The notes: generated by a model not told the origin, from the letters alone. A DNA stretch of 64,000 bases from an uncultured delta proteobacterium (GCA_963832165.1 CAWHTE010000001.1:64001-128000), one strand, 5' to 3'. Shown: positions 49,707 through 60,137, counted from the first letter of the stretch. Numbers and translations: made by a program.

Positions 49707-50728
49707 TTGTAGGCGACCGCTGCGCTGGCTGGGCCGCGCAGCGGGATCACCTCGGTGCGCGAGAAGCCCGCGTCGCGGCACCAGCCCGCGAAGTCGGCGC
49801 CCGTGTAGTCGAACGCTTCTCCGAACTCGATCAGCATGTTGAGCGACATGAGCAGGCCGAATGCGTTGGTGCGGCGCTCGTCGTCGATCAGATTCTCGAT
49901 CGCGATGAACGCGCCGCCGTCGGGCAGCGCGTCGTAGGCCTTCGCGATCAGCATGCGCTTGTGCTCGAGATTCCAGTCGTGGAGGATCATGCCCATCGTG
50001 ATCACGTCCGCGCGCGGCAGCGCGTCCGTGAAGAAGTCGCCCGAGGCGGTCTTCACGCGGCCGCCGAGCCCCTCCGCGGCGATCGCGCGCTTCGCGATCG
50101 GCTCGACGACGGGCAGGTCCCACGACGTGCAGGCGAGATGCGGATGGCGCGCCGCGATCAGGCGCGAGAGCAGCCCGTTCGCGCCGCCGATGTCGCAGAC
50201 CGTCTTGTAGCGCGAGAAGTCGAACTTCTCCGCGAGCGCCTCGAAGTTCGGCCGCGAGATGCCCTGCATCGCGTTCATGAACCCTTCGAGCCGCGACTCG
50301 TCGCTGTACAGCGTCGCGAACATGGGCGCGCCCGTGTGCTTGATCTCGTTCTGCGGCTTGCCCGTGCGCAGCGCTTCGGTGAGATCGCCCCAGTAGCTGT
50401 ACAGACGCGCTTCCAGCATCTCGAGCATCCCGCCCACGTAGGTCGGCTTGGCGCGGTCGAGGAAGTGGTCGGTCAGCGCGGTGTTGCGGTAGACCGCGCT
50501 CGCGCCGTTGCCGTCGCGCTCGAGGAAGCCGAGCGCGACGAGCGCGTCGAACAGGTCCATCGAGCCGCGCGGATGGATCCCGAGCGCGGCGCCGAGCCCG
50601 TCGCGCGTGCGCGGCTTCACCGCGAGCTCCGTGAACACGCCGAGCTCGACGGCGGAGAGCAATACCTTCGAAGACCAGAACCCGAAGCCGAGGTCGAGAA
50701 TCGGTTTGGGATCGAGCGGCGCGGTCAT
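49703..50728 (-). CDS. O-methyltransferase family 2 (dimerisation + SAM domain)
   Basis: SAVELGVF, DIGGANG, GDFF, ILHDW. Confidence 0.92.
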   Translation of the reverse strand: MTAPLDPKPILDLGFGFWSSKVLLSAVELGVFTELAVKPRTRDGLGAALGIHPRGSMDLFDALVALGFLERDGNGASAVYRNTALTDHFLDRAKPTYVGGMLEMLEARLYSYWGDLTEALRTGKPQNEIKHTGAPMFATLYSDESRLEGFMNAMQGISRPNFEALAEKFDFSRYKTVCDIGGANGLLSRLIAARHPHLACTSWDLPVVEPIAKRAIAAEGLGGRVKTASGDFFTDALPRADVITMGMILHDWNLEHKRMLIAKAYDALPDGGAFIAIENLIDDERRTNAFGLLMSLNMLIEFGEAFDYTGADFAGWCRDAGFSRTEVIPLRGPASAAVAYK

Positions 50729-51159
50729 TTCGCCACCGGCTTCTCGATCTTGGCGCCGTCCATCGACCAGTAGCCGCGCAGCGCCTTGATCCTGTGCTCG
50801 TCGTCGATCGTGTACGTGAAGATGCCGTGCACGCTCATCTTCGTCCCATTCGGGAACGTGGTCGTGAGCGTGAGCACGTGCGCGGACTCGTTGCCGGCCG
50901 CGAACGACTCGTGCGCGGTGATCTCGACGCTCTGCGTCGGCGCGAGATTCTTGTCCCAGAACTCCTCGGCCTCGCCCTTGCCGCGAAAGCCCTTGCCCGT
51001 GGGATTGGTCGGGCCGATTCCGATCGGGTCCTCGATCGCCACGTCCTCGGCCATCAGCTCGAGCCACTGCTCGCGCGCGCGCGCCTGCACGCAGCGCCAG
51101 GAGTGGTGCGCAGCCAGTATCGCGGGGTGAATGTCCTTGCTGCTCATGGGATCCTCCAC
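50725..51159 (-). CDS. SnoaL/ketosteroid-isomerase-like NTF2 protein
   Basis: IEDPIG ... IKALRGYW. Confidence 0.85.
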   Translation of the reverse strand: MEDPMSSKDIHPAILAAHHSWRCVQARAREQWLELMAEDVAIEDPIGIGPTNPTGKGFRGKGEAEEFWDKNLAPTQSVEITAHESFAAGNESAHVLTLTTTFPNGTKMSVHGIFTYTIDDEHRIKALRGYWSMDGAKIEKPVAK

Positions 51160-51168
51160 GAGTCCAGA

Positions 51169-53144
51169 TTACAGCGCTGCGGCGACGCGTGTCGCCTCCT
51201 CGGTGGCCTTGCGGATCAGACCCAGGCCCGTGCAGTCGCCGACCGCGTGGGCTTCGGGGACCTCACCCTTCACGGCGTCGAAGAACGAGGTATCGGCCTC
51301 GAGCTCGCCCGCGATCACGATCGTGTCGGCGAGGATCTCGTGGCGCGAGCCGCGCTCGGGCCGGATCGCGATGCCGCGCGGCGTGATCTCCTCGTACGCG
51401 ACGCCCGTGTTCACGGCGACGCCGAGCCGGTCGAGCGCGTCCATGTGCTCGGTGAGGCGCTTGGTGCCGACCTCGGGCGCGAGCCGCTCGCCGCGCTCCA
51501 CGATCGTCACGGTGCGCCCGCGCAGCGCGAGCAGCTCGGCGAGCTCGAGCGCGGCGAGGTCGGCGCCGACCACCACCACGCGCTTGCCGAACGGCATCCA
51601 CAGACGCGAGGCAGCGCGCAGCTGCAGCGGAGAGAGCCAGCGCGCCGCGGGCCGCAGCCACTGGCGCAGCTGCGGGCCGCTCTTCACGTGCCGCTGATCG
51701 TCGCCGGGGATCTTCGGCAGCACGACGCGGCCGCCCGTCGCGACCACGACCGCGTCGGGCGCGAGCGCGCGCACCGCTTCGGGGGAGAGCGCGCGGCCGC
51801 GCCGGATCTCGATCGGCAGACGCGCCACTTCGCTGCGCAGGAACGCGAGGAACGACGCGTTCTCGGGGTGCGCCATCGCGGCCCAGACCAGCGAGCCGCC
51901 GAGGTAATGCTCGCGCTCGACGAGCGTCACGCGGTGGCCGCGCAGCGCCGCGAGTCGCGCGGTCTCGAGCCCGCCCGGCCCCGCGCCCACGATCACGACG
52001 CGCTTGGGCGCGGACGTCGGCGCGAGCGAGAGCTCGCTCTCGCGGCCGGAGAGCCCGTTGACCGCGCAGCTCATGTTCGCGCTCTCCATCGAGTCGATGC
52101 AGTTCTCGCAGGAGATGCATGACCGCGGATCTGCGCGCGGCGCCGCGTGCGCAGCTTCTCGGGCAGGTCCGGGTCGGCGAGCAGCGGGCGCGCCATCACG
52201 ATCAGATCGGCATCGCCGCGCTGCAGAATCGCCTCGGCGAGATCGGGATCGTGGATCCGGCCGACCGTCATCACGGGCACGTCGACGGCGTTCTTCACCG
52301 CGCGCGCCCCGCCGACGTTGTGCGCGGGGCCCCAGTGCGATCCCGTGATGATCATGGAAGTGAGCCGGTCGATCACGCCGCCCGACACGTGGAACGCGTC
52401 GACGCCGGCCTCCACGAGCCGCGGCGCGATGCGCGCCGTGTCGTCGATCGTGCGCCCGCCCGGCGTGCGCTCGTACCCCGAGATGCGCAGCGTGATCGGG
52501 AAGTCGGCGCCGACCTCCCGGCGGATCGCGCCGAGTACCTCGAGGAGGAATCGCAGCCGCGTGTCGCGCTTGCGACCCGCATACTCGTCGCCGCGCTTGT
52601 TGCGCCACGGCGAGAGGAACGAGCCGAGCAGCATGTAGCCGTGCGCCGCGTGCAGCTCGATGCCGTCGTAGCCGGCCTCGCGCACGCGCCGCACCGCCGA
52701 CGCGTACTGGTCGAGGATCGCGGGCAGCTCGTCGGCCGCGAGCTCGCGCGAGGGCGAGCCCGTGAGGTAGGACGTGACCACCGACGGGCCCAGGCTCGGG
52801 ATCTTCTCCATCTGCGGCGAGAGCGCATCCGGGCCCGCGTGCACGATCTGCGGCTGCACCTTGGCGCCGTGGGCGTGGATCGCATCCGTGATCGCGCGGT
52901 GCGCGTCGATCACGTCGTCGCTCGAGAAGTGCATCGACTGGGGCACTTCGCGGTGCCGGCGGTCGACCACGCACGCCTCCAGCGTGATCAGGCCCACGCC
53001 GCCGCGCGCGCGCGCGGCCAGGTAGTCGATCAGGCGGCGCGTGGGCAGCTGGTCGAGACCCGCGTAGCCCGTCGTCATCGGCGACATCACGATCCGGTTC
53101 TTGAGCTGCATGCTCCCGATCGAGATCGGTTCGAGGAGCAACAT
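51169..53144 (-). CDS. NADH:flavin oxidoreductase (OYE + FAD domain, 2,4-dienoyl-CoA reductase-like), frameshift ~52120
   Basis: LKNRIVMSPM, HAAHGY, CISCENC..C Fe-S motif, VGAGPGG. Confidence 0.9.
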
Positions 53145-53155
53145 TGTTCGATCTC

Positions 53156-53231
53156 CGCTCGCCTACGGCTCGCTGCGCGCGCCCTTCCGATGGCCTTCGC
53201 TCGCCTGCGACTCGCTGCGCGAAACTTGCGG
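53156..53231 (-). repeat. Tandem pair of the second repeat family at a gene end
   Basis: Two units of CGCTCG-N7-CTCGCTGCGC (53156-53178, 53198-53220) on the plus strand. Confidence 0.8.
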
Positions 53232-54716
53232 GCGCTTGCTGGGGGCTGGTTCCCATGCGGGCATCGCGGCCGCATTGCGGCCCGCGACGCGTCCGAAGAA
53301 GGTCGCCTCGCCGATCGAGAGCCCGCTCGCATAGCCGCGGCCCTCGAGGCACAGGCCCGCGGTATTGCGGCCCGCCGCGAACAGGCCCGGGATCACCGCG
53401 CCCTCGGGCGTGACCACCTCGGCGCTCGCGCGAATCGCGAGGCCGCCCAGCGTGAACACTCCGTAGAACGAGTTCGCGGTGCTGCAATCGAGCGCCGCGA
53501 ACGGCGGCACCGAGAGCGGGCGCAGGTACTTGGGCGCCTTGTGGAAGAGCGGATCCTCGCCGCGCGCGGCCGCGCGGTTGTAGCTCTCGAGCGTGTGCAC
53601 GAGCTCTCCCTCGGGCATGTCCAGCGCGCGCTCGAGCGCCTCGAATGATTCCTCGACCGCGGCGACCTTGTGCAGCGCCTGGGTGCGCCCGTAGATCTCG
53701 TCGTCGACGACGAGGTACGCGCGGCCGCTGCAGCGGTACACCATCGCGTCGCTCGTGCGCCCGAGATACGCGTCCTCGTTGATGAAGCGCTGACCCTGCG
53801 CGTTCACGAGCACGCCCTTGAGGTGGCTCGCAGGCGGGTAGTAGGCGTTCAGCACGAGGCCCTCGTGCATGTTCGCGGTCGCCGCGCCCGCGCCGGCGCC
53901 GATCCGGATCCCGAGGCCGTCGTCGCCGGGCGAGGCGGCCTTCCAGTTGCACTGGAGCAGCTCGGGCGCGTGCTCCGCGACCATCGCCGGGTTCATGATG
54001 AAGCCGCCCGCGCACAGGATCACGCCGCGGCGCGCCGCGATCGCGAGCTCGGCGCCCGCATGCTTCGCGATCACGCCGACGACGCGCCCGTCCTCGCGCT
54101 GCACGAGGCGCAGCGCCATCGTGTCGTTCAACACCGCGGCGCCGGCACCGTCGCTCGCGCGCAGCAGGCACTCCATCAGGTAGCCGCCCGCCTCGCCCGC
54201 GCGCGCGGGCTTGTGGCCGCGCGGCGCGGGGACCGCGGCCTCCGCGAACGGGTGCACCTCCTCGTTGCCGCTGTAGAAAAGGCATTCGTCGCCGAACGTG
54301 TGGGTGGTCTTCTCCGCGACGTAGCTCTCGCGGAACTCGACGCCGTGCGAGCTGATCCACGCGAAGTGCTCGAGGCTCTGCTCGCAGAACGCGCGCACCT
54401 TCTCCTCGTCGGACTGTGTGCCCGCGGCCATCCGCACGTGCTTGAACATCTCCTCGACGGAGTCCTCGAAGCCGCACGCCTTCTGGATCCGCGTGCCGGC
54501 GCCGAAGTACATCACGCCGGTCGAGAGCGCCGTGGTGCCGCCGCCGCGCCCCATCCGCTCGAGCACGAGCGTGTCCGCGCCCGCGCGCGCCGACTCGATC
54601 GCGGCGCACGCGCCCGCGCTGCCGTGTCCCACGATCACGACGTCGTGCACGCGGTCCCAGCCCGAGAGCGACTCGGCGCGCTGCGCGCGGGTCGGGCTCG
54701 GGTCCCGATCGGACAC
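53163..54716 (-). CDS. FAD_binding_2 dehydrogenase (3-ketosteroid dehydrogenase-like)
   Basis: VGHGSAG, GGTTALS, RFINED, TLGGL, GLFAAG, YASGLS; the last ~22 residues are encoded by the repeat. Confidence 0.85.
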   Translation of the reverse strand: MSDRDPSPTRAQRAESLSGWDRVHDVVIVGHGSAGACAAIESARAGADTLVLERMGRGGGTTALSTGVMYFGAGTRIQKACGFEDSVEEMFKHVRMAAGTQSDEEKVRAFCEQSLEHFAWISSHGVEFRESYVAEKTTHTFGDECLFYSGNEEVHPFAEAAVPAPRGHKPARAGEAGGYLMECLLRASDGAGAAVLNDTMALRLVQREDGRVVGVIAKHAGAELAIAARRGVILCAGGFIMNPAMVAEHAPELLQCNWKAASPGDDGLGIRIGAGAGAATANMHEGLVLNAYYPPASHLKGVLVNAQGQRFINEDAYLGRTSDAMVYRCSGRAYLVVDDEIYGRTQALHKVAAVEESFEALERALDMPEGELVHTLESYNRAAARGEDPLFHKAPKYLRPLSVPPFAALDCSTANSFYGVFTLGGLAIRASAEVVTPEGAVIPGLFAAGRNTAGLCLEGRGYASGLSIGEATFFGRVAGRNAAAMPAWEPAPSKRPQVSRSESQASEGHRKGARSEP

Positions 54717-54719
54717 GGC

Positions 54720-55586
54720 CTAGACCCGCCGAGCGAGCTCGGCCAGCTCGTCGACGAAGCGCAGCATGCCGTCGATCGCGGACGGTCCGGCGAAGCCCGC
54801 GGGCGAGAGCGCCACGAGCCGGTGCACGCCGAGCTCCGCATACTGCTTCACGAGGTCGGGCGTGATCGGCGGCGGCGGCGTCACGCTGATCTCGAGCGGC
54901 CCGAGGTTCGCGGGACGCAGACCGGCGCGCTCCGCCTCGCGGATCCAGTCGAGCGAGCGCGCGGTGAGCTCGGGGTTGGTGAAGAAGCCGTACCAGCCGT
55001 TGCCGCGCGCGGCTGCGCGCCGCGCGGCGGGCCGGCTCATCCCGCCGATCACGATCGGCGGGTGCGGCTTCTGCACCGGACGCGGGTGCGCATCGATACC
55101 CGAGAAGCGGAAATAACGGCCCGAGAACGTCGGCTTCTCCTGGGTCCAGAGCGCGCGCAGCGCGTCGATCGCCTCGTCGGTGATCGCGCCGCGCTCCTCG
55201 TAGTTCGCGCCGAGCGCGCGGAACTCGGGCTCCAGGTAGCCCGCGCCGAGGCCGAAGATCAGCCGTCCACCCGACACGGCGTCGACGCTCGCGAGCTCCT
55301 TCGCGAGCTCCACGGGGTTGCGCTGCGGCAGGATGATGATGCCCGTGGCGAGCTTGACTCGCTGCGTGTGCGCCGCGAGGTGTGCGAGCGCGACCGACGG
55401 ATCCAGGAACGGCGTGCGCGGCGCTGCGGGCGACGGCGGCGCCTGCGGGTCGGGCAGCACGACGTGCTCGCCGGTCCAGAGCGATTCGAGCTCGGATTCC
55501 TCCGCGTGGCGCGCGACGTGCACCATCGCGGCTACGTCCGCGCACAGGCCGAAGTTGATCCCGAACAGTCCGATCTTCATGTCCAT
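54720..55586 (-). CDS. LLM-class (putative F420-dependent) oxidoreductase
   Basis: LWTGEHVVLP, LPQRNP, SGGRLIFGLGAG, PVQKPHPPI. Confidence 0.9.
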   Translation of the reverse strand: MDMKIGLFGINFGLCADVAAMVHVARHAEESELESLWTGEHVVLPDPQAPPSPAAPRTPFLDPSVALAHLAAHTQRVKLATGIIILPQRNPVELAKELASVDAVSGGRLIFGLGAGYLEPEFRALGANYEERGAITDEAIDALRALWTQEKPTFSGRYFRFSGIDAHPRPVQKPHPPIVIGGMSRPAARRAAARGNGWYGFFTNPELTARSLDWIREAERAGLRPANLGPLEISVTPPPPITPDLVKQYAELGVHRLVALSPAGFAGPSAIDGMLRFVDELAELARRV

Positions 55587-57274
55587 TACGCTCCGCGCAG
55601 TACCTCACCCGGCAGTGCGCCGGTGGGTTTGCCGTGCTCCATCGCGGGCACGCCGTTCACGATCACCATCTCGTAGCCCTGGGCATCGACGAAGTAGCGC
55701 TCGGTGCCGGCCGGGAAGTCGCGCACCACGGTGTGCTCGCTCGCAGAGAGATTCGCGCGATCGAAGAGCACGAGGTCGGCCTTCGCGCCGGTGCGGATCA
55801 CGCCGCGGTCGACGAGCCCGTGCACCGCGGCCGGCATGCCCGCGAGCCGCCACACCGCGTGCTCGAGCGAGATCGGATCGGGCACCCAGTCGGTGAGCAG
55901 AAGCGTCGTGTAGTCGGCTCCCGTGAAGCTCGCGAGGTGGGCGCCGCCGTCGCTCGAGCCCGCCATCACGAGCGGATCGAGCACCGACTCGCGCACGACG
56001 TTGGCGATGAACGCCTGCGCAGCGGGATTCGGCCGCGTGCGCCAGCCCGTCTGGAGATCCTCGGCGATCGACACGTCGAGGAACGCGTCGAGCGGGTCGC
56101 CGCCGCGCTCGGCCGCGAGCTCGACGGCCGAGCGGCCGATCCACGCGCGGTTCTTCTCGTCGCGTACGTATTCGACCTCGAGCACCTCGATCGGGAACGG
56201 CGCCGCGCGCTGGACGCTCTTGAGCTCGTGGCGCATCCGGTCGCGCAGCGCCGGATCGGCGAGCTTGCGGCAGCGCTCCGCGACGCTGCCCCCCTGGAGT
56301 GCGGAGAGCCACGCGGGCATCTCGTCGAACACGAACGTGTCGGCGAGCCGCAGGTGCAGTCCGAGCCGCTGCGAGGTGAACTGCGGGTGGATCCGCACGC
56401 CGCGAGCGCGCGCCTCGTGCATGAACTCGAGCGTGCGCTGCCAGGCCATCGGGGCGTCGGGCGTGGGGCCGAGCGGCCCGATCTCGACCGGCTTGCCCGA
56501 CGCGGCGGCGATCGCGTAGAGCAGCGCGCGGTCGGCGTCGTCGTGTCCGACCGAGTGACTGCGCGGGATGATCTCGATCGCGCCGTACGGGAACTCCGCG
56601 AGCACCGAGCACAGCTCGGTGATCTCCTCGGGCGTCGCGAAGTTCGACGGCACGCCGCGTCCGTCGGCGCCGACGTGGATGTCGAGCTGCGAGGTGGAGA
56701 ATCCGACCGCGCCCTCGCGCATCGCCGCGCGCACGAGCTCCTTCATCGCAAGCGTCTCGGCGGGCGTGGCGGCCCGCTCGGACGCCGCGTCGCCCATCAC
56801 GTAGCGGCGCACCGCGGAGTGTCCGACGTAGCCTCCGACGTTCAGCGCGAGCTTGCCCTCGAGCCGGCGCCAGTAGTCGGCGAACCCGCCGCCCTTCCAG
56901 CGGAAGCCCTCGCGCATCGCGTCGCGCGACATTCCCTCGACGCGCGTGAGCATGCCCGTGAGCCAGTCGACGTCCTCGGGCCTGGCGGGGTAGAGCGTGA
57001 ACCCGCAGTTGCCCGTGAGCACGGTGGTGACGCCGTGCTGCATCGCGGGCGAGGCGACCGGATCCCAGTCGAGCTGGACGTCGTAGTGCGTGTGCACGTC
57101 GATGAAGCCCGGTGCAACCACGAGCCCGTCCGCGTCGACCACGCGCAGCGCGTCGCCCGCGACGCGGCCGATCGCGGCGATCCGCCCGTCCCGTACTGCG
57201 ATGTCGGCGGTGTAGCCCGGGAGCCCAGTGCCATCGACGACGTTGCCGCCGCGGAGCAAGAGGTCGTAGGTCAT
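55586..57274 (-). CDS. N-acyl-D-amino-acid deacylase family amidohydrolase
   Basis: MTYDLLLRGG, PGFIDVHTHYD, GNCG, SDGGAH. Confidence 0.92.
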   Translation of the reverse strand: MTYDLLLRGGNVVDGTGLPGYTADIAVRDGRIAAIGRVAGDALRVVDADGLVVAPGFIDVHTHYDVQLDWDPVASPAMQHGVTTVLTGNCGFTLYPARPEDVDWLTGMLTRVEGMSRDAMREGFRWKGGGFADYWRRLEGKLALNVGGYVGHSAVRRYVMGDAASERAATPAETLAMKELVRAAMREGAVGFSTSQLDIHVGADGRGVPSNFATPEEITELCSVLAEFPYGAIEIIPRSHSVGHDDADRALLYAIAAASGKPVEIGPLGPTPDAPMAWQRTLEFMHEARARGVRIHPQFTSQRLGLHLRLADTFVFDEMPAWLSALQGGSVAERCRKLADPALRDRMRHELKSVQRAAPFPIEVLEVEYVRDEKNRAWIGRSAVELAAERGGDPLDAFLDVSIAEDLQTGWRTRPNPAAQAFIANVVRESVLDPLVMAGSSDGGAHLASFTGADYTTLLLTDWVPDPISLEHAVWRLAGMPAAVHGLVDRGVIRTGAKADLVLFDRANLSASEHTVVRDFPAGTERYFVDAQGYEMVIVNGVPAMEHGKPTGALPGEVLRGA

Positions 57275-57312
57275 TGGAGTTCCACCTCTTCGATGGGCGC
57301 TTGCGGACTTAC

Positions 57313-57342
57313 ATAGTACACGAAATGTTTTTGAGCGGTCAA
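57313..57342 (-). promoter_or_regulatory. Sigma70-like promoter for the 57274-49703 operon
   Basis: Minus strand TTGACC-N18-TACTAT in an AT-rich patch. Confidence 0.6.
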
Positions 57343-57345
57343 CGA

Positions 57346-57849
57346 CTAGAGCACGATGGGCCGGTCCGGCTGCTCGCCGCGGCCCGGGCCGCGTGCGGGG
57401 AAGTGGCGCGCGAGCAGGTCGCTCGCCGCGCGGATCCCCGCGAGCGCGCCAGCCTCGTAGCGGCCCGCGCGCAGCTCGGTCTCCATCGCGCGGCAGATCG
57501 CCTCCCAGTCGGCAGGGCTCACCACCGCGGCGAGGCCGCGGTCGGCGACGATCTCGACGTCGCGGTCCGCGAGCAGGAGATAGATCAACACGCCCGTGTT
57601 GTGCTCGGTGTCCCAGACGCGCTGCTCGCTGAATACCTCGATCGCGCGCGCGCGCGGCGTGATACCGCGCAGGATCGCGCGCGGATCGAGCGCGCCTTCC
57701 ACGGCGAACCGGATCTCGGGCTCGTGTCGCCGCTCGCCTTCCGCGATCGCGGCTTCGATCGCGCGCATCGCCGCGTCGGGGAAGCGCCGGTGCACGAGCG
57801 ACGAGCTCGTGGCGAGATGACGCAGGAGTCGTGCCAGATCGATCACCAT
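57346..57849 (-). CDS. TPM domain protein
   Basis: VWDTEHNTGVLIYLLLADRDVEIVADRG. Confidence 0.9.
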   Translation of the reverse strand: MVIDLARLLRHLATSSSLVHRRFPDAAMRAIEAAIAEGERRHEPEIRFAVEGALDPRAILRGITPRARAIEVFSEQRVWDTEHNTGVLIYLLLADRDVEIVADRGLAAVVSPADWEAICRAMETELRAGRYEAGALAGIRAASDLLARHFPARGPGRGEQPDRPIVL

Positions 57850-58706
57850 CGCCCCGATGCGCCGCCGCCGCCGAAGCCCCCGCCGCCTCCCGAGAATCCG
57901 CCACCACCGCCGAATCCGCCTCCACCGAATCCGCCGCCCGACCACCCTCCACTCGCCCAACCTCCTCCCTGTCCGCGCACTCCGGGGCGGCTGAACAGGA
58001 TGAAGAGGAAGGTGAATACCGCGAGCGCAGTCGCTGCCGTGGCGGTTCCGATGATCCACCACGCGAGCGCACCCGCGAGCCCGCCCGCGGCCGTCGCGCC
58101 GACCAGGCGATTGAGCGCGAGACGCAACAAACCGCCGACGGCGAGCGGCACCAGCAGCAGGAGCCAGATCGCGTTCTGCGACGGAATCCGACCCACTTCT
58201 CGCACGCGAGTCGGCGGTGGCAGCGGCAGCGGCTCACCCTCGATCACGCCGATGATGCGCTCGACTCCTTCGGAGATGCCGCGGTAGAAGTCGCCCGCGC
58301 GGAAGGCGGGCACGATCACGTCGTCGATGATCCGCTTCGATACCGCATCGGGCAGCGTGCCCTCGAGCCCGTAGCCTATCTCTAGCCGTAGCTTGCGGTC
58401 GTCCTTCGCGACGATCAGGATCACGCCGTCGTCGATGCTTCCGCCGCGGCCGATCTTCCACGCGTCGGCGACGCGGATACCGTACTGCTCGATCGTCTCG
58501 GGCTGCGTGGTCGGCACGATCAGCACGACCACCTGGCTGCCCTTCGCGCGCTCGAACGCCTCGAGGCGCGCCTCGAGCGCAGCGTGCTCGCCCGCGTCGA
58601 GCGTGCCGGTGAGGTCGGTGACGCGCGCCGAGAGCGCGGGTACGGGGACTTCGGCGGCTGCGACTCCGGCCCACAGCAACGCGAGAGCCAGCGCGCGTGC
58701 GAGCAC
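57843..58706 (-). CDS. TPM domain protein (YgcG-like)
   Basis: RVTDLTGTL, IGYGLEG, Gly-rich tail FGGGGASGRW. Confidence 0.92.
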   Translation of the reverse strand: MLARALALALLWAGVAAAEVPVPALSARVTDLTGTLDAGEHAALEARLEAFERAKGSQVVVLIVPTTQPETIEQYGIRVADAWKIGRGGSIDDGVILIVAKDDRKLRLEIGYGLEGTLPDAVSKRIIDDVIVPAFRAGDFYRGISEGVERIIGVIEGEPLPLPPPTRVREVGRIPSQNAIWLLLLVPLAVGGLLRLALNRLVGATAAGGLAGALAWWIIGTATAATALAVFTFLFILFSRPGVRGQGGGWASGGWSGGGFGGGGFGGGGGFSGGGGGFGGGGASGRW

Positions 58707-58712
58707 GAGCGA

Positions 58713-59342
58713 CTACTGCGGCGGCGCGGGCGCGGGGGCAGGCGCAGGTGCTTCGTTGCCGAAATCCACCGTGGGCGGCTTCGCGATCGCCTTCTCGTCT
58801 TCGACCGTGAAGCTCGGCTTGGTCTGGAAGCCGAACATCATCGCCGTGAGATTGCTCGGGAACGAGCGCACCATGACGTTGAACTCGCGCACGGCCTCGA
58901 TGTAGCGGTTGCGCGCCACGGTGATGCGGTTCTCGGTGCCCTCGAGCTGGGCCTGGAGGTCGCGGAAGCCCTGATCGGCCTTCAGCTGCGGGTAGTTCTC
59001 CGCCACCACGAGCAGGCGCGACAGCGCCGAGGTCATCTCGTTCTGCGCGGCCTGGAACTTCGCGAACGCCTCCGGATCGTCGATCATCTGCGGAGTCACC
59101 TGCATGCTTCCCACGCGCGCGCGCGCTTCGGTCACTTGCGTGAGCACGTCCTTCTCGTGTGCGGCATAACCCTTCACGGTGTTCACGAGGTTGGGCACGA
59201 GGTCGTTGCGGCGCTGGTACTGGTTCAGCACCTCGGCCCACGTGGCCTTCACGCCCTCATCGAGCGTCTGCAGGCGGTTGTAGCCGCAGCCGCCGAGCAG
59301 CACCGTGATCGAGATCAGGATCGCGAGCGAGATCCGTTGCAT
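58713..59342 (-). CDS. lemA: LemA family protein
   Basis: GCGYN, NQYQRRNDLVPNLV, ENYPQLKA, LEGTENRI. Confidence 0.93.
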   Translation of the reverse strand: MQRISLAILISITVLLGGCGYNRLQTLDEGVKATWAEVLNQYQRRNDLVPNLVNTVKGYAAHEKDVLTQVTEARARVGSMQVTPQMIDDPEAFAKFQAAQNEMTSALSRLLVVAENYPQLKADQGFRDLQAQLEGTENRITVARNRYIEAVREFNVMVRSFPSNLTAMMFGFQTKPSFTVEDEKAIAKPPTVDFGNEAPAPAPAPAPPQ

Positions 59343-59353
59343 CGGGTCCTCCG

Positions 59354-60137
59354 TCACATTCCGTAGATCATGCGGCCACCGTCGACCGTGATCAGGTCGC
59401 CCGTGTGATAGCGCGCGGCGTCGCTGATCAGGTAGACCACGATCCCCGCGATCTCGTCGGGCTCGGCCATCCGGCCGAGCGGGATCCGCGTGATCGCCGC
59501 CTGGCCGAGCGGGTGCGCGTCGTCGAACGGCACCATCTCGGTCTTCGTGAGCCCCGCGCACACCATGTTCGCGCGGATCTGGTGCGGACCGAGCTCGAGC
59601 GCAAAGGTGCGGATCAGACCCGCCACCGCGCTCTTCGCGGCCGCGTAGTGGCCGATCCCGGGCACGCCGGCGAAGTTGGTCAGGCTGCCCGTCGCGACGA
59701 GCGAGCCCGCCGCGATCGCCGGCCTTCACCCGCGCCACCATGTGCCGCGCGCCCTCGCGCAGCGTGATGAACGCGCCGTGCTGCGCCACGCGCAGGAGCG
59801 CGTCGTACTTCTCGAGCGTCATGTCGACGAGGGGCGAGATCGTGGCGGAGCCCGCGTTCGCGATCACGCCGTCGAGCCGCCCCATCGCCTCGAGCGCGCG
59901 CGCGAAGCCGCGCTGCTGCGCGGCCTCGTCGGAGACGTCGACCGCGTCGGTCAGCACGCGCACGCCGTGCTTGCGCAGCCGCTCCGCAGCTTCGGCGTTG
60001 CGGTCCTCGCGCCGGCCCCAGATCACCACGTCGCCGCCCGCGAGTGCAATCGCTTCGGCGAAGCCGAAGCCCAGACCCGAGTTCGCTCCGGTGATCAGCG
60101 TGACCTTGCCGGAGAGGTCGAAGGGGTGGGAGGGCAT
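59354..60137 (-). CDS. Short-chain dehydrogenase/reductase, frameshift ~59715
   Basis: TGANSGLG, NAG, YAAAK, ITVDGG. Confidence 0.9.

Noticed and set aside
6336..53231. Repeats as a CRISPR array
   Set aside because: Copies are dispersed, with no regular unique spacers and no cas genes.
51169..55608. 1479-aa ORF and other very long Arg/Ala/Gly-rich ORFs (e.g. 27014-29869 and the N-terminal part of 22155-25058)
   Set aside because: Shadow frames typical of high-GC DNA; the real genes lie in other frames, and only short parts are coding.
57346..59342. LemA-TPM-TPM operon and its Gly-rich GGC repeats
   Set aside because: A widespread conserved operon; the repeats encode the normal Gly-rich tail.
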